Source: Planctomycetota bacterium (GTDB lineage: Bacteria; Planctomycetota; Phycisphaerae; Sedimentisphaerales; Anaerohalosphaeraceae). Taken from it: a stretch of DNA of 64,000 nucleotides. The notes under the pieces are model-generated. The model did not search any database. It had not been told where the DNA came from and saw only the letters and a list, made by a program, of their open reading frames with translations. The stretch lies in the NCBI GenBank assembly GCA_013349435.1, contig DUZQ01000001.1, positions 25,877-89,876 on the forward strand, in the 5' to 3' direction. Below, in pieces: positions 28,564-37,075 of the stretch (position 1 is the first letter of the stretch; the number at the start of each line of letters is the position of its first letter). A program made the position numbers and the translations under genes.

Positions 28564-29024
28564 TGCGGCGAAATCCCGGCCGATGTTACGGGATTTGAGG
28601 CCGAATCCGGCTAATCGATTGTCGAATCTGCTCCAGGCAAAACAAATAAATACAACAATTAGTCCAAGCTCGATGGCGCTCAGGGCCAGGTACTTTAGAG
28701 CTTCCTGGAGCCATGAAGACAGCTCGGCAGCGAGCAGGTCAATCATCATCATTGCATCAGAGACAACAACCAGCCAGACGGCCATGAGGACAAAAGGTAA
28801 ATAGGTTGGGAATTGATTTTTTCTCTTTGGGCAGTTGGCCAGGTTGACCGGCCCTGCAAATCCGCAGGACAGTACACAAGAGATATGGCGCCAAGTGCGC
28901 AAAGGGCCGGCAGGAAGATATTAGCCACACCTGTTTTTGTGACAGCCAGGAACCTGCTTAAAACGGAGATATTTATAAGAGCAGCCATCACATTAATAAT
29001 AAGAGATAATAAGAAAGTGGTCAA
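28564..29024 (-). pseudogene. decayed N-terminal fragment of a CPBP-protease paralog (frameshifted and 3'-truncated)
   Basis: Two overlapping minus-strand frames (28749..29024 and 28456..28902) together align to residues ~20-150 of the 24751-25617 protein. For example, ALCALGAISLV and then LSCGFAGPVNLANCPKRKNQFPTYLPFVLMAVW...GFGLKSRNIGRDFAA align to ALCALGVMFLLYWLSGRAGPVGLGNCPDRRHNLPVYLPFVLMAVW...GFGLNLRTITGDFVAA. The frame switches near 28880. The catalytic motifs (EExxxR, FxxxH, HxxxN) are absent. Confidence 0.5.
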
Positions 29025-29143
29025 CCGGAAGCTGTGTTATAGAGAAGGGCAGGGGAGTACTTGCGCATAAGCACTGCTTGGTGGGCAATTTATGGGTTTT
29101 TCGAAAATTTTCGAAAATTTTTGGGTTTTAAAGAAATTCTAAC

Positions 29144-29172
29144 TTGAATTTCATGTATAAGGTGGGTATACT
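29144..29172 (+). promoter_or_regulatory. sigma70-like promoter candidate
   Basis: TTGAAT (29144-29149), a 17-nt spacer, then TATACT (29167-29172), preceded by the direct repeat TTTTCGAAAATTTTCGAAAATTTTT (about 29098-29122). Confidence 0.45.
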
Positions 29173-29197
29173 GATACGTAGAGAGGAAGGAGACAAG

Positions 29198-29353
29198 GTG
29201 AAACATATAACTATCGAAAAACGATTCTGTTCATGTCGAATGTTTGAGGGCCTGGAGGAGGTCAAACGAATCTACTGGTATGGCACAAATAACCAGAAAA
29301 ACCATTTATTTAGCGAAGTCATAAATGCACGGAAAAACCACGAGTTTCCATAG
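29198..29353 (+). CDS. candidate 51-codon upstream ORF or leader peptide (very uncertain)
   Basis: GTG at 29198 is preceded by GGAAGGAGA (29185-29193). Translation: VKHITIEKRFCSCRMFEGLEEVKRIYWYGTNNQKNHLFSEVINARKNHEFP. No family recognised. Confidence 0.25.
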   Translation: MKHITIEKRFCSCRMFEGLEEVKRIYWYGTNNQKNHLFSEVINARKNHEFP

Positions 29354-29402
29354 ATTCAGTCGGAGTAAGGTTACAATTTCTTCTTTTAGGAATGAAGTGA
29401 AA

Positions 29403-32400
29403 ATGAAAAGATTAATTCTCACTATAGCAGTATCGGTGTTATGCTTGTATCCTGCAAAGATGGGGCAAGCGGCAGTGCAGGATGGTGTTGAAGTAGCGCA
29501 TTGTTTTGACGACCTCAATGACAGCAGCGGTAACGGCCATACTGCTTCTCTTCAAGGAGGTGCCAATTTGTCCGGCGGGATGGTCTATTTTGACGGTAAT
29601 GGTGATTATGTTAACGTGGGTAGCGGTACATGGAGCAGCAATCCCTGTGACGGCAGCAGCAATTTTACAATTGCAATCGCCTACGCATCCTCACAAACGG
29701 GCGAGGGAGAAGAGGGAGCCGCTTTAGCTTGTATAGGCGACCCATCTGTAGAAGGAGGCTCAGGACATCTGACTATATTTACAAATAACAACGGCCAATA
29801 TGTTGACTGTTGGTATGTCGGAGCAGTTCTGGGGGGCACGCAGTACTCAGGTCTGTCTTATTCGTTCTCCGATGGAAATATGCATTGCTGCTTTATCACT
29901 TACAATGCAAGCACGGACATGGTAAAGTTATATGCGCTTGACGGTGGAAGTGCCGTAGCGGGACCAAGCGGTACCCTCGGAATTAATACTACCGGTTCAA
30001 ATGAATATCCACGGCTCGGAAGAGCACATGATGACCCTTATAATGATTTTGCAACTGTGGAACTCAACGGGCAAATCAGTCTGTTTGCCATCTGGAACAG
30101 GATTATAAGCACCTCTGAAATGGAACTTGTTGAAGATTTGTGTGTTCCGCCGAATCCCTGCAGGCCGAATAATCCAAGCCCAGCCAATCTAGATGAACAT
30201 ATCGATTATCGCAATCTTATACTGGACTGGAGTGTTGAAGGAGGATGCGATCCCTGTACGACTTATGATGTTTATTTTGGTACATCTTCACCCCCTCCAT
30301 TACAGGCCTCCGGCGTGACCAATACTGATTGGAGCTGTCCATCACCTCTAAACATAGATCAATGGTATTGGTGGCAAATAAAGGCACAAGTCCCCGGCGA
30401 TCCGTGCAGCCCCATTGAGGGCAGTGAATGGAAATTCAAGACCGGCGGAAAGGCATATAATCCCAGTCCTTATGACGGGGAAGGAAACGTACAGACTTCT
30501 TCGCAACTTAGCTGGAGTGGTGACAGCTTTGCCGACTCCTATAATGTGTACTTCGGAACGACACCGGATGGCGGTACATTTCAGGATAATACAACCGACC
30601 CCTGCTTTACTCCCACTCTGGAAGCTGAGACACCTTACTATTGGAGAATAGATGAAGTTATCGGCGGCTCGCCTCAGACGGGCGATGTCTGGTCATTTGA
30701 AACGGCACTGGCTCCGCCGGATCCGGAGGAGCTGGGCTTCGATGAAATCCTGTTTGTCCAACGGCCCAGTTTCGCCAGCGATCATTTTTATACTGATTTT
30801 ATTCACTATGATCCGGACGGTTTATTCAGGTCGGATAACGGCATTTACAAATACAATCTGACTACCCATGTAATCGCGCCTGTGATTACTGCCGCAGACA
30901 TGCCGGGAGGCCAGGGAGTTTTCTATAAGTTCGACCTGGATTGGGATGCATCTCGTATCGTATTTGATTACAAACGAGGCGTCGGTTATGGTTACCGTAT
31001 CTGGATGTGTGATATTGACGGCTCAAATCTGACCCAGATTACGACAACACCGCCGGATGAGGCGGCTAATATGGCTGAATACGACATGGGAGAGTACACT
31101 TATTCTTTCCACTATGATGATATGCATCCTTGTTTCACACAGGAAGATACAATCATTTTCACATCGACACGTTGTAAATTTACTACCCTTTGTGATTACG
31201 ACGGTGTACTGACTACACCGGTGCTTCATCGAATTAATATTGATGGAACCGGACTTGAGAAGTTGACCGACAGTCCCGTCAGTGAATTCGCACCTTCGAT
31301 GATGTCCGACGGCAGAGTGGTTTATACGCGTTGGGAATATGTCGATAAGGATTCGCTGTACTGCAAGGTTGGATACGCGATGAATCCGGACGGGAGTCAT
31401 GTAAATGAAATCATCGGCCTTGACCATCACTCGCCTCCGACTTTTAACTATTTCCGCCAGGTTCCGACTAATCCGAACAAGTTTGTCTGCGTAGGTGCGC
31501 CTCACTACTGGCAGGGCGATAATTTGGGACCGATTCTTTTGATAGACAGGACCAAGGAAGTAAGAACACATGAAGAACCCGACGACCCGACACCCGGGCC
31601 TGCTGTTACTTATGTTACACCAAAAGTTCATATCTGGCAGGAACCGGGATGGAACTTCTGGACAGGTTCCGGTTGGGTTATGGATGAGGATGGTTCTTCC
31701 GGCAAGCTCTATACAACGCCGTACCCGCTCAATGAGACTCAGTTCCTTGTTACCTGCAAGTATAATGATAGTGACTCCTGGGATACACGTGATGCATATG
31801 ATATTTATCTAATAGACGTCAGCGAGAACCATATTCCGCTTGTTAGTGTGTCTGGAACGAGCTGCTGGAATCCATATCCTTTGAAGACGCGCGATAAACC
31901 CATAAAGATAAATGCCTTAAAATTCCCTTCTTATGTGGCATCGAATCAGGGTCTTGCGCTGGTTACTGATGTTTATAAGGGCCTGGAAGGGGAAGGTGAC
32001 CCTCCTATAGCCCGCGGCGATGTGAAATATCTGCGAGTTAATATGGTCGTATCGCGCCCCTGGTCGTGCCATCGAATTTTGTTATGGGATCCTGTTGTAT
32101 CAAGTACCGGCTGGGCTGCGGCCTTGTGGCCTCGAGTCCAACTTGGTATCGTCCCCGTTGAAGATGACGGCTCCGCTTACTTTGTAGTTCCTGCAGACAG
32201 GAATATCTTTTTGCAGGCCTTGGATTCAGAATATCGTGAGCTTCAACGGGAACGAACATATATAAATTTCAGGCCGGGTGAGTTCCGTTCCTGTATTGGC
32301 TGTCATGAACAAAGCGGTCATGCACCGACGCCACCGTACGGCTCGAGCGAAGCTGTTATGGCATTTCAAAATCCACCTGTTATCCCAGAACCGATGCCCG

Positions 32401-32921
32401 GTGAGGCAGCAGGAACGGGCGACTGGGCCGGCTGGGGTGTGAAGGTTCTATATTATCCTTATGATATACAGCCAATCTTTAATGACCCCTGCAGGCCTGG
32501 TGGTAGTTGCGTTAGTTGCCACAGCGGCGGAAGTCCATCCGGTGATCTTGATCTTAGCGATGGTCTCACAGAGGCGTACAACGTTTCTTATGAAAGTTTA
32601 ACATATGGTGGATATTGCGGTCCGTTGGTTTTTGAAAATAATGACCACATGGATGATGATCTGACGCAGTTCGAGCCGCCTATGTATTTCGGCTGTCATA
32701 ATTCTTATCTTGCCTGGTGGCTTTATAATGATGCGACTCACAGGGCAAGACTTACTGACCAGGAACTGAGAACCATATTCCGATGGGTGGACACTAATTA
32801 CCAGTACTACGGCACCTATTACGGCAGGCATCATAGTGACCACTCCAGTGATCCTGATTTCAGGCGGATGCCGACAGTCGAAGAAGCAATCAGTTATGAT
32901 GCGCCATCGTGGCATAATTAA
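29403..32921 (+). CDS. secreted multidomain protein: LamG-like lectin domain, two Fn3/Ig-like modules, a TolB/hydrazine-synthase-alpha-middle-like beta-propeller region, and two CxxCH haem-c sites (the second PSCyt1-like)
   Basis: Trimmed to MKRLILTIAVSVLCLYPA (ATG 29403). The LamG_3-like segment is HCFDDLNDSSGNGHTASLQGGA...LFAIWNR, and YYWRIDEV marks repeat modules. CIGCH lies at 32292-32306 and CVSCH at 32508-32522, the latter in the context IQPIFNDPC...CVSCHSGGSPSGDLDLSDG. Confidence 0.75.
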   Translation: MKRLILTIAVSVLCLYPAKMGQAAVQDGVEVAHCFDDLNDSSGNGHTASLQGGANLSGGMVYFDGNGDYVNVGSGTWSSNPCDGSSNFTIAIAYASSQTGEGEEGAALACIGDPSVEGGSGHLTIFTNNNGQYVDCWYVGAVLGGTQYSGLSYSFSDGNMHCCFITYNASTDMVKLYALDGGSAVAGPSGTLGINTTGSNEYPRLGRAHDDPYNDFATVELNGQISLFAIWNRIISTSEMELVEDLCVPPNPCRPNNPSPANLDEHIDYRNLILDWSVEGGCDPCTTYDVYFGTSSPPPLQASGVTNTDWSCPSPLNIDQWYWWQIKAQVPGDPCSPIEGSEWKFKTGGKAYNPSPYDGEGNVQTSSQLSWSGDSFADSYNVYFGTTPDGGTFQDNTTDPCFTPTLEAETPYYWRIDEVIGGSPQTGDVWSFETALAPPDPEELGFDEILFVQRPSFASDHFYTDFIHYDPDGLFRSDNGIYKYNLTTHVIAPVITAADMPGGQGVFYKFDLDWDASRIVFDYKRGVGYGYRIWMCDIDGSNLTQITTTPPDEAANMAEYDMGEYTYSFHYDDMHPCFTQEDTIIFTSTRCKFTTLCDYDGVLTTPVLHRINIDGTGLEKLTDSPVSEFAPSMMSDGRVVYTRWEYVDKDSLYCKVGYAMNPDGSHVNEIIGLDHHSPPTFNYFRQVPTNPNKFVCVGAPHYWQGDNLGPILLIDRTKEVRTHEEPDDPTPGPAVTYVTPKVHIWQEPGWNFWTGSGWVMDEDGSSGKLYTTPYPLNETQFLVTCKYNDSDSWDTRDAYDIYLIDVSENHIPLVSVSGTSCWNPYPLKTRDKPIKINALKFPSYVASNQGLALVTDVYKGLEGEGDPPIARGDVKYLRVNMVVSRPWSCHRILLWDPVVSSTGWAAALWPRVQLGIVPVEDDGSAYFVVPADRNIFLQALDSEYRELQRERTYINFRPGEFRSCIGCHEQSGHAPTPPYGSSEAVMAFQNPPVIPEPMPGEAAGTGDWAGWGVKVLYYPYDIQPIFNDPCRPGGSCVSCHSGGSPSGDLDLSDGLTEAYNVSYESLTYGGYCGPLVFENNDHMDDDLTQFEPPMYFGCHNSYLAWWLYNDATHRARLTDQELRTIFRWVDTNYQYYGTYYGRHHSDHSSDPDFRRMPTVEEAISYDAPSWHN

Positions 32922-32986
32922 AAATTGAAATAGTTGTTTGGTATCTTAAAGATAGTTGAATAATCTTAAAATATGAAGGTGGAAAG

Positions 32987-35011
32987 GTGGATACAATACA
33001 CAACAAAAGGCTCTATGTGATATCGGTATTGATTCTGGTTTTAGCATTAACTGTAAATGCCCGGGCGTCTGATTATTATTCACCTGCGGCAGTTGCGCTT
33101 GACAATGCAGGGCAATATCTCTACATCGCCGAACACACAGCCAACCAGATTGAAGAGTTTAACACTTCGACCGAGACGGTTACAAGGACATTGTCACTGG
33201 ATAAGGCGCCTACCGGTGTGGTTTGTTCCAGCAGCGGGAAGTTGTATATAACAGCCGGTGATTATAATGGGAAAGTGTACGTAATCGACACTACCGAAAC
33301 AGAGTGGGCGGTAAACGATACCATTGATGTTGGGCATACGCCTATGTCGCCCGTACTAAGTTCCGATGGCTTGCATCTTTATATATGCAACCGTTTTGAC
33401 GGGACGGTTATGGATATTGGTACTGCTTCCGGGACGGTACTGAGCACGATTGATGTAGTTCGTGAGCCGGTGGCGGCTGCGATAACACCCACCTCTGACA
33501 AGCTGGTCGTCGTTAATCAACTGCCCGACGGCGCTGCCAACACCGGGACAACGGGTTGTGATGTTTCAGTAATGAATACTTCCGGCTATGCGGTAACGAA
33601 TATTGAGCTTTACAACGGTTCTACCGGTGCAAAAGGCGTTTGTATATCGCCGGACGGCAATTATGCCTATATAACACATATCATTGGTCGTTACCAGGTT
33701 CCGACGAGTCAGCTTGAAAGAGGCTGGATTATGACAAACGCGATGAGCATTATCAATCTTAACACGTCGCAAATCGTTAATACGGTCCTGCTCGATGATG
33801 TGGAAATGGGAGCTGCGAATCCCTGGGGCATCGCCTGTACGAGCGATGGGAGCAAATTGGTTGTCGCTCATTCAGGAAGCCATGAACTAAGTATCATAGA
33901 CAGGAACGGTGTTCATAATCGTCTTTCAAATCTGCCGTATACCGGTGGATTTTCCCAGACCTCTACTGACGTACGCAATGACCTGGGCTTTTTGTCCGGA
34001 TTGAGAAACAGAATACAACTTCCGGGCAAAGGCCCGAGGGCGGTAGCAGTCTATGGGAACAAGGCATACGTCGCTGAATATTTCTCGGACAGCATCTCGA
34101 TCATAAATATCGACACCAAAGCTGTTGAACAGGCTCTCTTAGGTTCGCAAAATCCAATGGACCAAGTCAGGCTCGGAGAATTTTATTTCTACGATGCTCA
34201 GCAGGGCACTTTTCAAAAGTGGCTCAGTTGTAACAGTTGTCATCCCGACGTACGTGCGGACGCCTTAAACTGGGACCTTGCCAACGATGGTTACGGAAGC
34301 CCCAGAAACGCCAAAAGTTTATTGAAATCGCATTACACACCTCCCGCGATGATAACAGGCATACGACCCGATGCAGAGACTGCGGTTCGTGCCGGTTTTA
34401 AGTTTATCCAGTTTGCAATTCGAACTGAAGATGACGCCGGCGCCGTCGATGCGTTCCTGGGTTCTGTTGAACCTGTTGAAAGCCCCTATCTGGTAAACGG
34501 CGAGCTGAGCGAGGCCGCCGAGCGAGGTAAGGATCTGTTCGATTCGGCATATTGCAGCGTATGTCACTACGGACGGTATTACACTGATCAATCTTCACAC
34601 GACGTGGGCACGGGCAGAGGAGGCGGTGAGTCGTTTGACACACCCACCCTGACCGAGGTGTGGCGGACGGGGCCGTATCTTCAGGATGGCCGGGCAGCAA
34701 CGATGCTGGAAGTCCTAACTACGTACAATCCAGGGGACCGGCACGGCGTTACATCGGACTTGACCGAACAACAGCGAAACGATCTTGCTGAGTATGTTTT
34801 AAGCCTTGGTGTTTCACAGGAAACGTGTATTGGTGACTTCGACGGCAATGGGGGAGTCGGCCCTGAGGACCTGGAGATTTTGGCCGCCGCCTGGCTGAGC
34901 TTTTCGGGCGGTTCCAACTGGAACCATGTTTGTGATATATCCGACCCGAACGACCTGGTTATCAACGGGAAGGATTTTGCAGTCTTTTCGGGCAACTGGT
35001 TGTGCCCTTAA
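32987..35011 (+). CDS. secreted YVTN/YncE-type beta-propeller fused to a di-haem cytochrome c peroxidase (CCP/MauG-like) domain and a C-terminal dockerin-like module
   Basis: GTG start and signal peptide. CNSCH lies at 34229-34243 and CSVCH at 34553-34567. FDTPTLTEVWRTGPYLQDGRAATMLEV is the CCP family signature. The C-terminus is GDFDGNGGVGPEDLEILAAAWL...NHVCDISDPNDLVINGKDFAVFSGNWL. Confidence 0.8.
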   Translation: MDTIHNKRLYVISVLILVLALTVNARASDYYSPAAVALDNAGQYLYIAEHTANQIEEFNTSTETVTRTLSLDKAPTGVVCSSSGKLYITAGDYNGKVYVIDTTETEWAVNDTIDVGHTPMSPVLSSDGLHLYICNRFDGTVMDIGTASGTVLSTIDVVREPVAAAITPTSDKLVVVNQLPDGAANTGTTGCDVSVMNTSGYAVTNIELYNGSTGAKGVCISPDGNYAYITHIIGRYQVPTSQLERGWIMTNAMSIINLNTSQIVNTVLLDDVEMGAANPWGIACTSDGSKLVVAHSGSHELSIIDRNGVHNRLSNLPYTGGFSQTSTDVRNDLGFLSGLRNRIQLPGKGPRAVAVYGNKAYVAEYFSDSISIINIDTKAVEQALLGSQNPMDQVRLGEFYFYDAQQGTFQKWLSCNSCHPDVRADALNWDLANDGYGSPRNAKSLLKSHYTPPAMITGIRPDAETAVRAGFKFIQFAIRTEDDAGAVDAFLGSVEPVESPYLVNGELSEAAERGKDLFDSAYCSVCHYGRYYTDQSSHDVGTGRGGGESFDTPTLTEVWRTGPYLQDGRAATMLEVLTTYNPGDRHGVTSDLTEQQRNDLAEYVLSLGVSQETCIGDFDGNGGVGPEDLEILAAAWLSFSGGSNWNHVCDISDPNDLVINGKDFAVFSGNWLCP

Positions 35012-35226
35012 GGTGCCTGAAAACAGCACAGAACCGGCCCGGTTTCGCCATCCTGATTAAAATACCAATTCGTTTGCTTTTTAACCGCTCATGCGAAAAT
35101 TGTAGCGTTGGATTTGCATCAACGCTATAATCAGTTCTGTGTGTGAAACAATCAGAACAGGCGCTAAGTGAAAAGTAACCAGGCTTCGCAAAAACGGGCG
35201 GTTGGGGGACAAAGGAACGTAAACAG

Positions 35227-35904
35227 GTGCAAGGTGTAAAAACAAAACGAGAGTTAGAAGTTCGTGATTGCGGCCTGATGGCCTACAAAGACGCGTTGAA
35301 TCTGCAAAAAAGCCTCGTTGAACAAAGACAGAACGGCCAAATCGGCAACACTATACTGATATTGGAACATCCGCCTGTAATTACGTTAGGTGTCCGCAAG
35401 GATTTGAATAAGTTGCTTGTTGATGAAGATATTCCGGCGCAAAAGGGAATTGAGATTGTGCTGGTTCGCCGCGGTGGAGGTGCCACAGCACACAACCCGG
35501 GGCAAGTTGTCCTGTACCCGATTATCAAGCTCAAGTCGCTTGGATTAGGTGTAAGCGACTATATCAGGGTTCTGGAGGCAATTGGTCTTGAACTCCTCGA
35601 ACAATTGGGAGTGTGGGCCGAGAGACGAAGAGGATTTCCGGGACTGTGGACAAAAGGCGGGAAAATAGGTTCGATAGGGGTGCAAATCAGGCGATGGACA
35701 ACTTTCCATGGAATGGCCATCAACATCAATAACGATTTGAGTATCTTCGAGACCATCGTACCCTGTGGTCTGGAGGGCGTGGAAATAACAAGTGTATTGA
35801 AGCAAACGGCCACGGAATATCCGATGACCCGGGTAAAAAAAAGATTAACGGATTTGTGTTTCAAGCACCTTGCGGGTCGAAATGTTAAATCGTTGAGTTT
35901 GTGA
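35227..35904 (+). CDS. lipB: lipoyl(octanoyl) transferase
   Basis: LEHPPVITLG and RRGGGATAHNPGQ motifs; GTG start. Confidence 0.9.
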   Translation: MQGVKTKRELEVRDCGLMAYKDALNLQKSLVEQRQNGQIGNTILILEHPPVITLGVRKDLNKLLVDEDIPAQKGIEIVLVRRGGGATAHNPGQVVLYPIIKLKSLGLGVSDYIRVLEAIGLELLEQLGVWAERRRGFPGLWTKGGKIGSIGVQIRRWTTFHGMAININNDLSIFETIVPCGLEGVEITSVLKQTATEYPMTRVKKRLTDLCFKHLAGRNVKSLSL

Positions 35905-36803
35905 GACGGCGAATGGCCGAATCGATTGGCAAACTGCCCGTATGGCTCAAGAGGAGATTCAAAACCGGCGAAACCTACAGCCACACACGCGATGTGCTTA
36001 ACTCGCTGGGCCTGGAGACGATATGCACCAATGCAAACTGTCCGAACATCGGCGAGTGCTGGTCAAGAGGCACCGCAACGGTCCTGATTTCAGGCAATGT
36101 ATGTACGCGCAATTGCAGGTTCTGCTCCGTCGCCGCCGGCAGGCCCGAACCCCCCGACCCGGACGAGCCGAGGCGGGTGGCACAGATGGCCAGGCGATTA
36201 AATCTGAAGTATCTCGTTATTACAAGCGTTACCCGAGACGATTTGCCCGACGGAGGTGCGGCACATTTTAGAAACGTGGTAAACAGGTGCAGACGCGAAA
36301 TACCTGATATGCGATTCGAGCTGCTCGTGCCCGATTTTCGAGACGGACAGGATGATGCGATAAAGATTCTTGCTGAGGCAGTGCCCTTTGTGTTCGCTCA
36401 CAATGTTGAGACCGTACCTTCACTATATCCCAAGGTTCGTGCCGGTGCCGATTACAACCTCTCTTTAGACCTGTTGAGAAGGGCCAAACAGGCATATCCC
36501 GACATCCAGACCAAATCCTCGATTATGTTAGGTCTCGGCGAGAGCGATACAGAGGTCATCAATGTCCTGAAGGACTTGCGGCGGGCACGGTGCGACCGAA
36601 TCGCAATAGGTCAGTACTTAAGGCCCGATAAAGATGCTGTAAGTGTCGTAAAATTCATATCACCGGACAAGTTCGACTGGTGGCACAAAAAGGCCGAGAG
36701 CCTGGGATTTTCGTGGGTGATGGCCTCGCCGTTCACCAGAAGCTCATTCGGCGCCGAAAAGGATAATCCGGAAAATACAAAAAGACCTCTTAATATACCT
36801 TAA
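35901..36803 (+). CDS. lipA: lipoyl synthase (radical SAM)
   Basis: CPNIGECW and CTRNCRFCSV clusters. The start overlaps the lipB stop. Confidence 0.95.
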   Translation: MRRRMAESIGKLPVWLKRRFKTGETYSHTRDVLNSLGLETICTNANCPNIGECWSRGTATVLISGNVCTRNCRFCSVAAGRPEPPDPDEPRRVAQMARRLNLKYLVITSVTRDDLPDGGAAHFRNVVNRCRREIPDMRFELLVPDFRDGQDDAIKILAEAVPFVFAHNVETVPSLYPKVRAGADYNLSLDLLRRAKQAYPDIQTKSSIMLGLGESDTEVINVLKDLRRARCDRIAIGQYLRPDKDAVSVVKFISPDKFDWWHKKAESLGFSWVMASPFTRSSFGAEKDNPENTKRPLNIP

Positions 36804-36810
36804 TATATCC

Positions 36811-36839
36811 TTGACCCAAACCTTGCTTTTTGGTATAAT
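36811..36839 (+). promoter_or_regulatory. near-consensus sigma70 promoter
   Basis: TTGACC (36811-36816), a 17-nt spacer, then TATAAT (36834-36839); about 235 nt upstream of the ATG at 37076. Confidence 0.6.
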
Positions 36840-37075
36840 ATACATTGATATTAAGGCCTGCTGGGGCGGCTGTCTTCATCTTTGATTCAAACCAACTTAC
36901 AGGAAATATTCTTATCGGACCAGCGGGGCAAAGAAAAAATATATCTATTCTTTTTTTATTGGGCGGGGTAATTTTGCATCAGTTGCTATTTTATCTTATA
37001 TTTTAATCTGGAGATACGAAGCTTTTACAGGCTTGAAGGAAAAATAACGAGGGGAAAAAACGAGAGGGGAATAAG

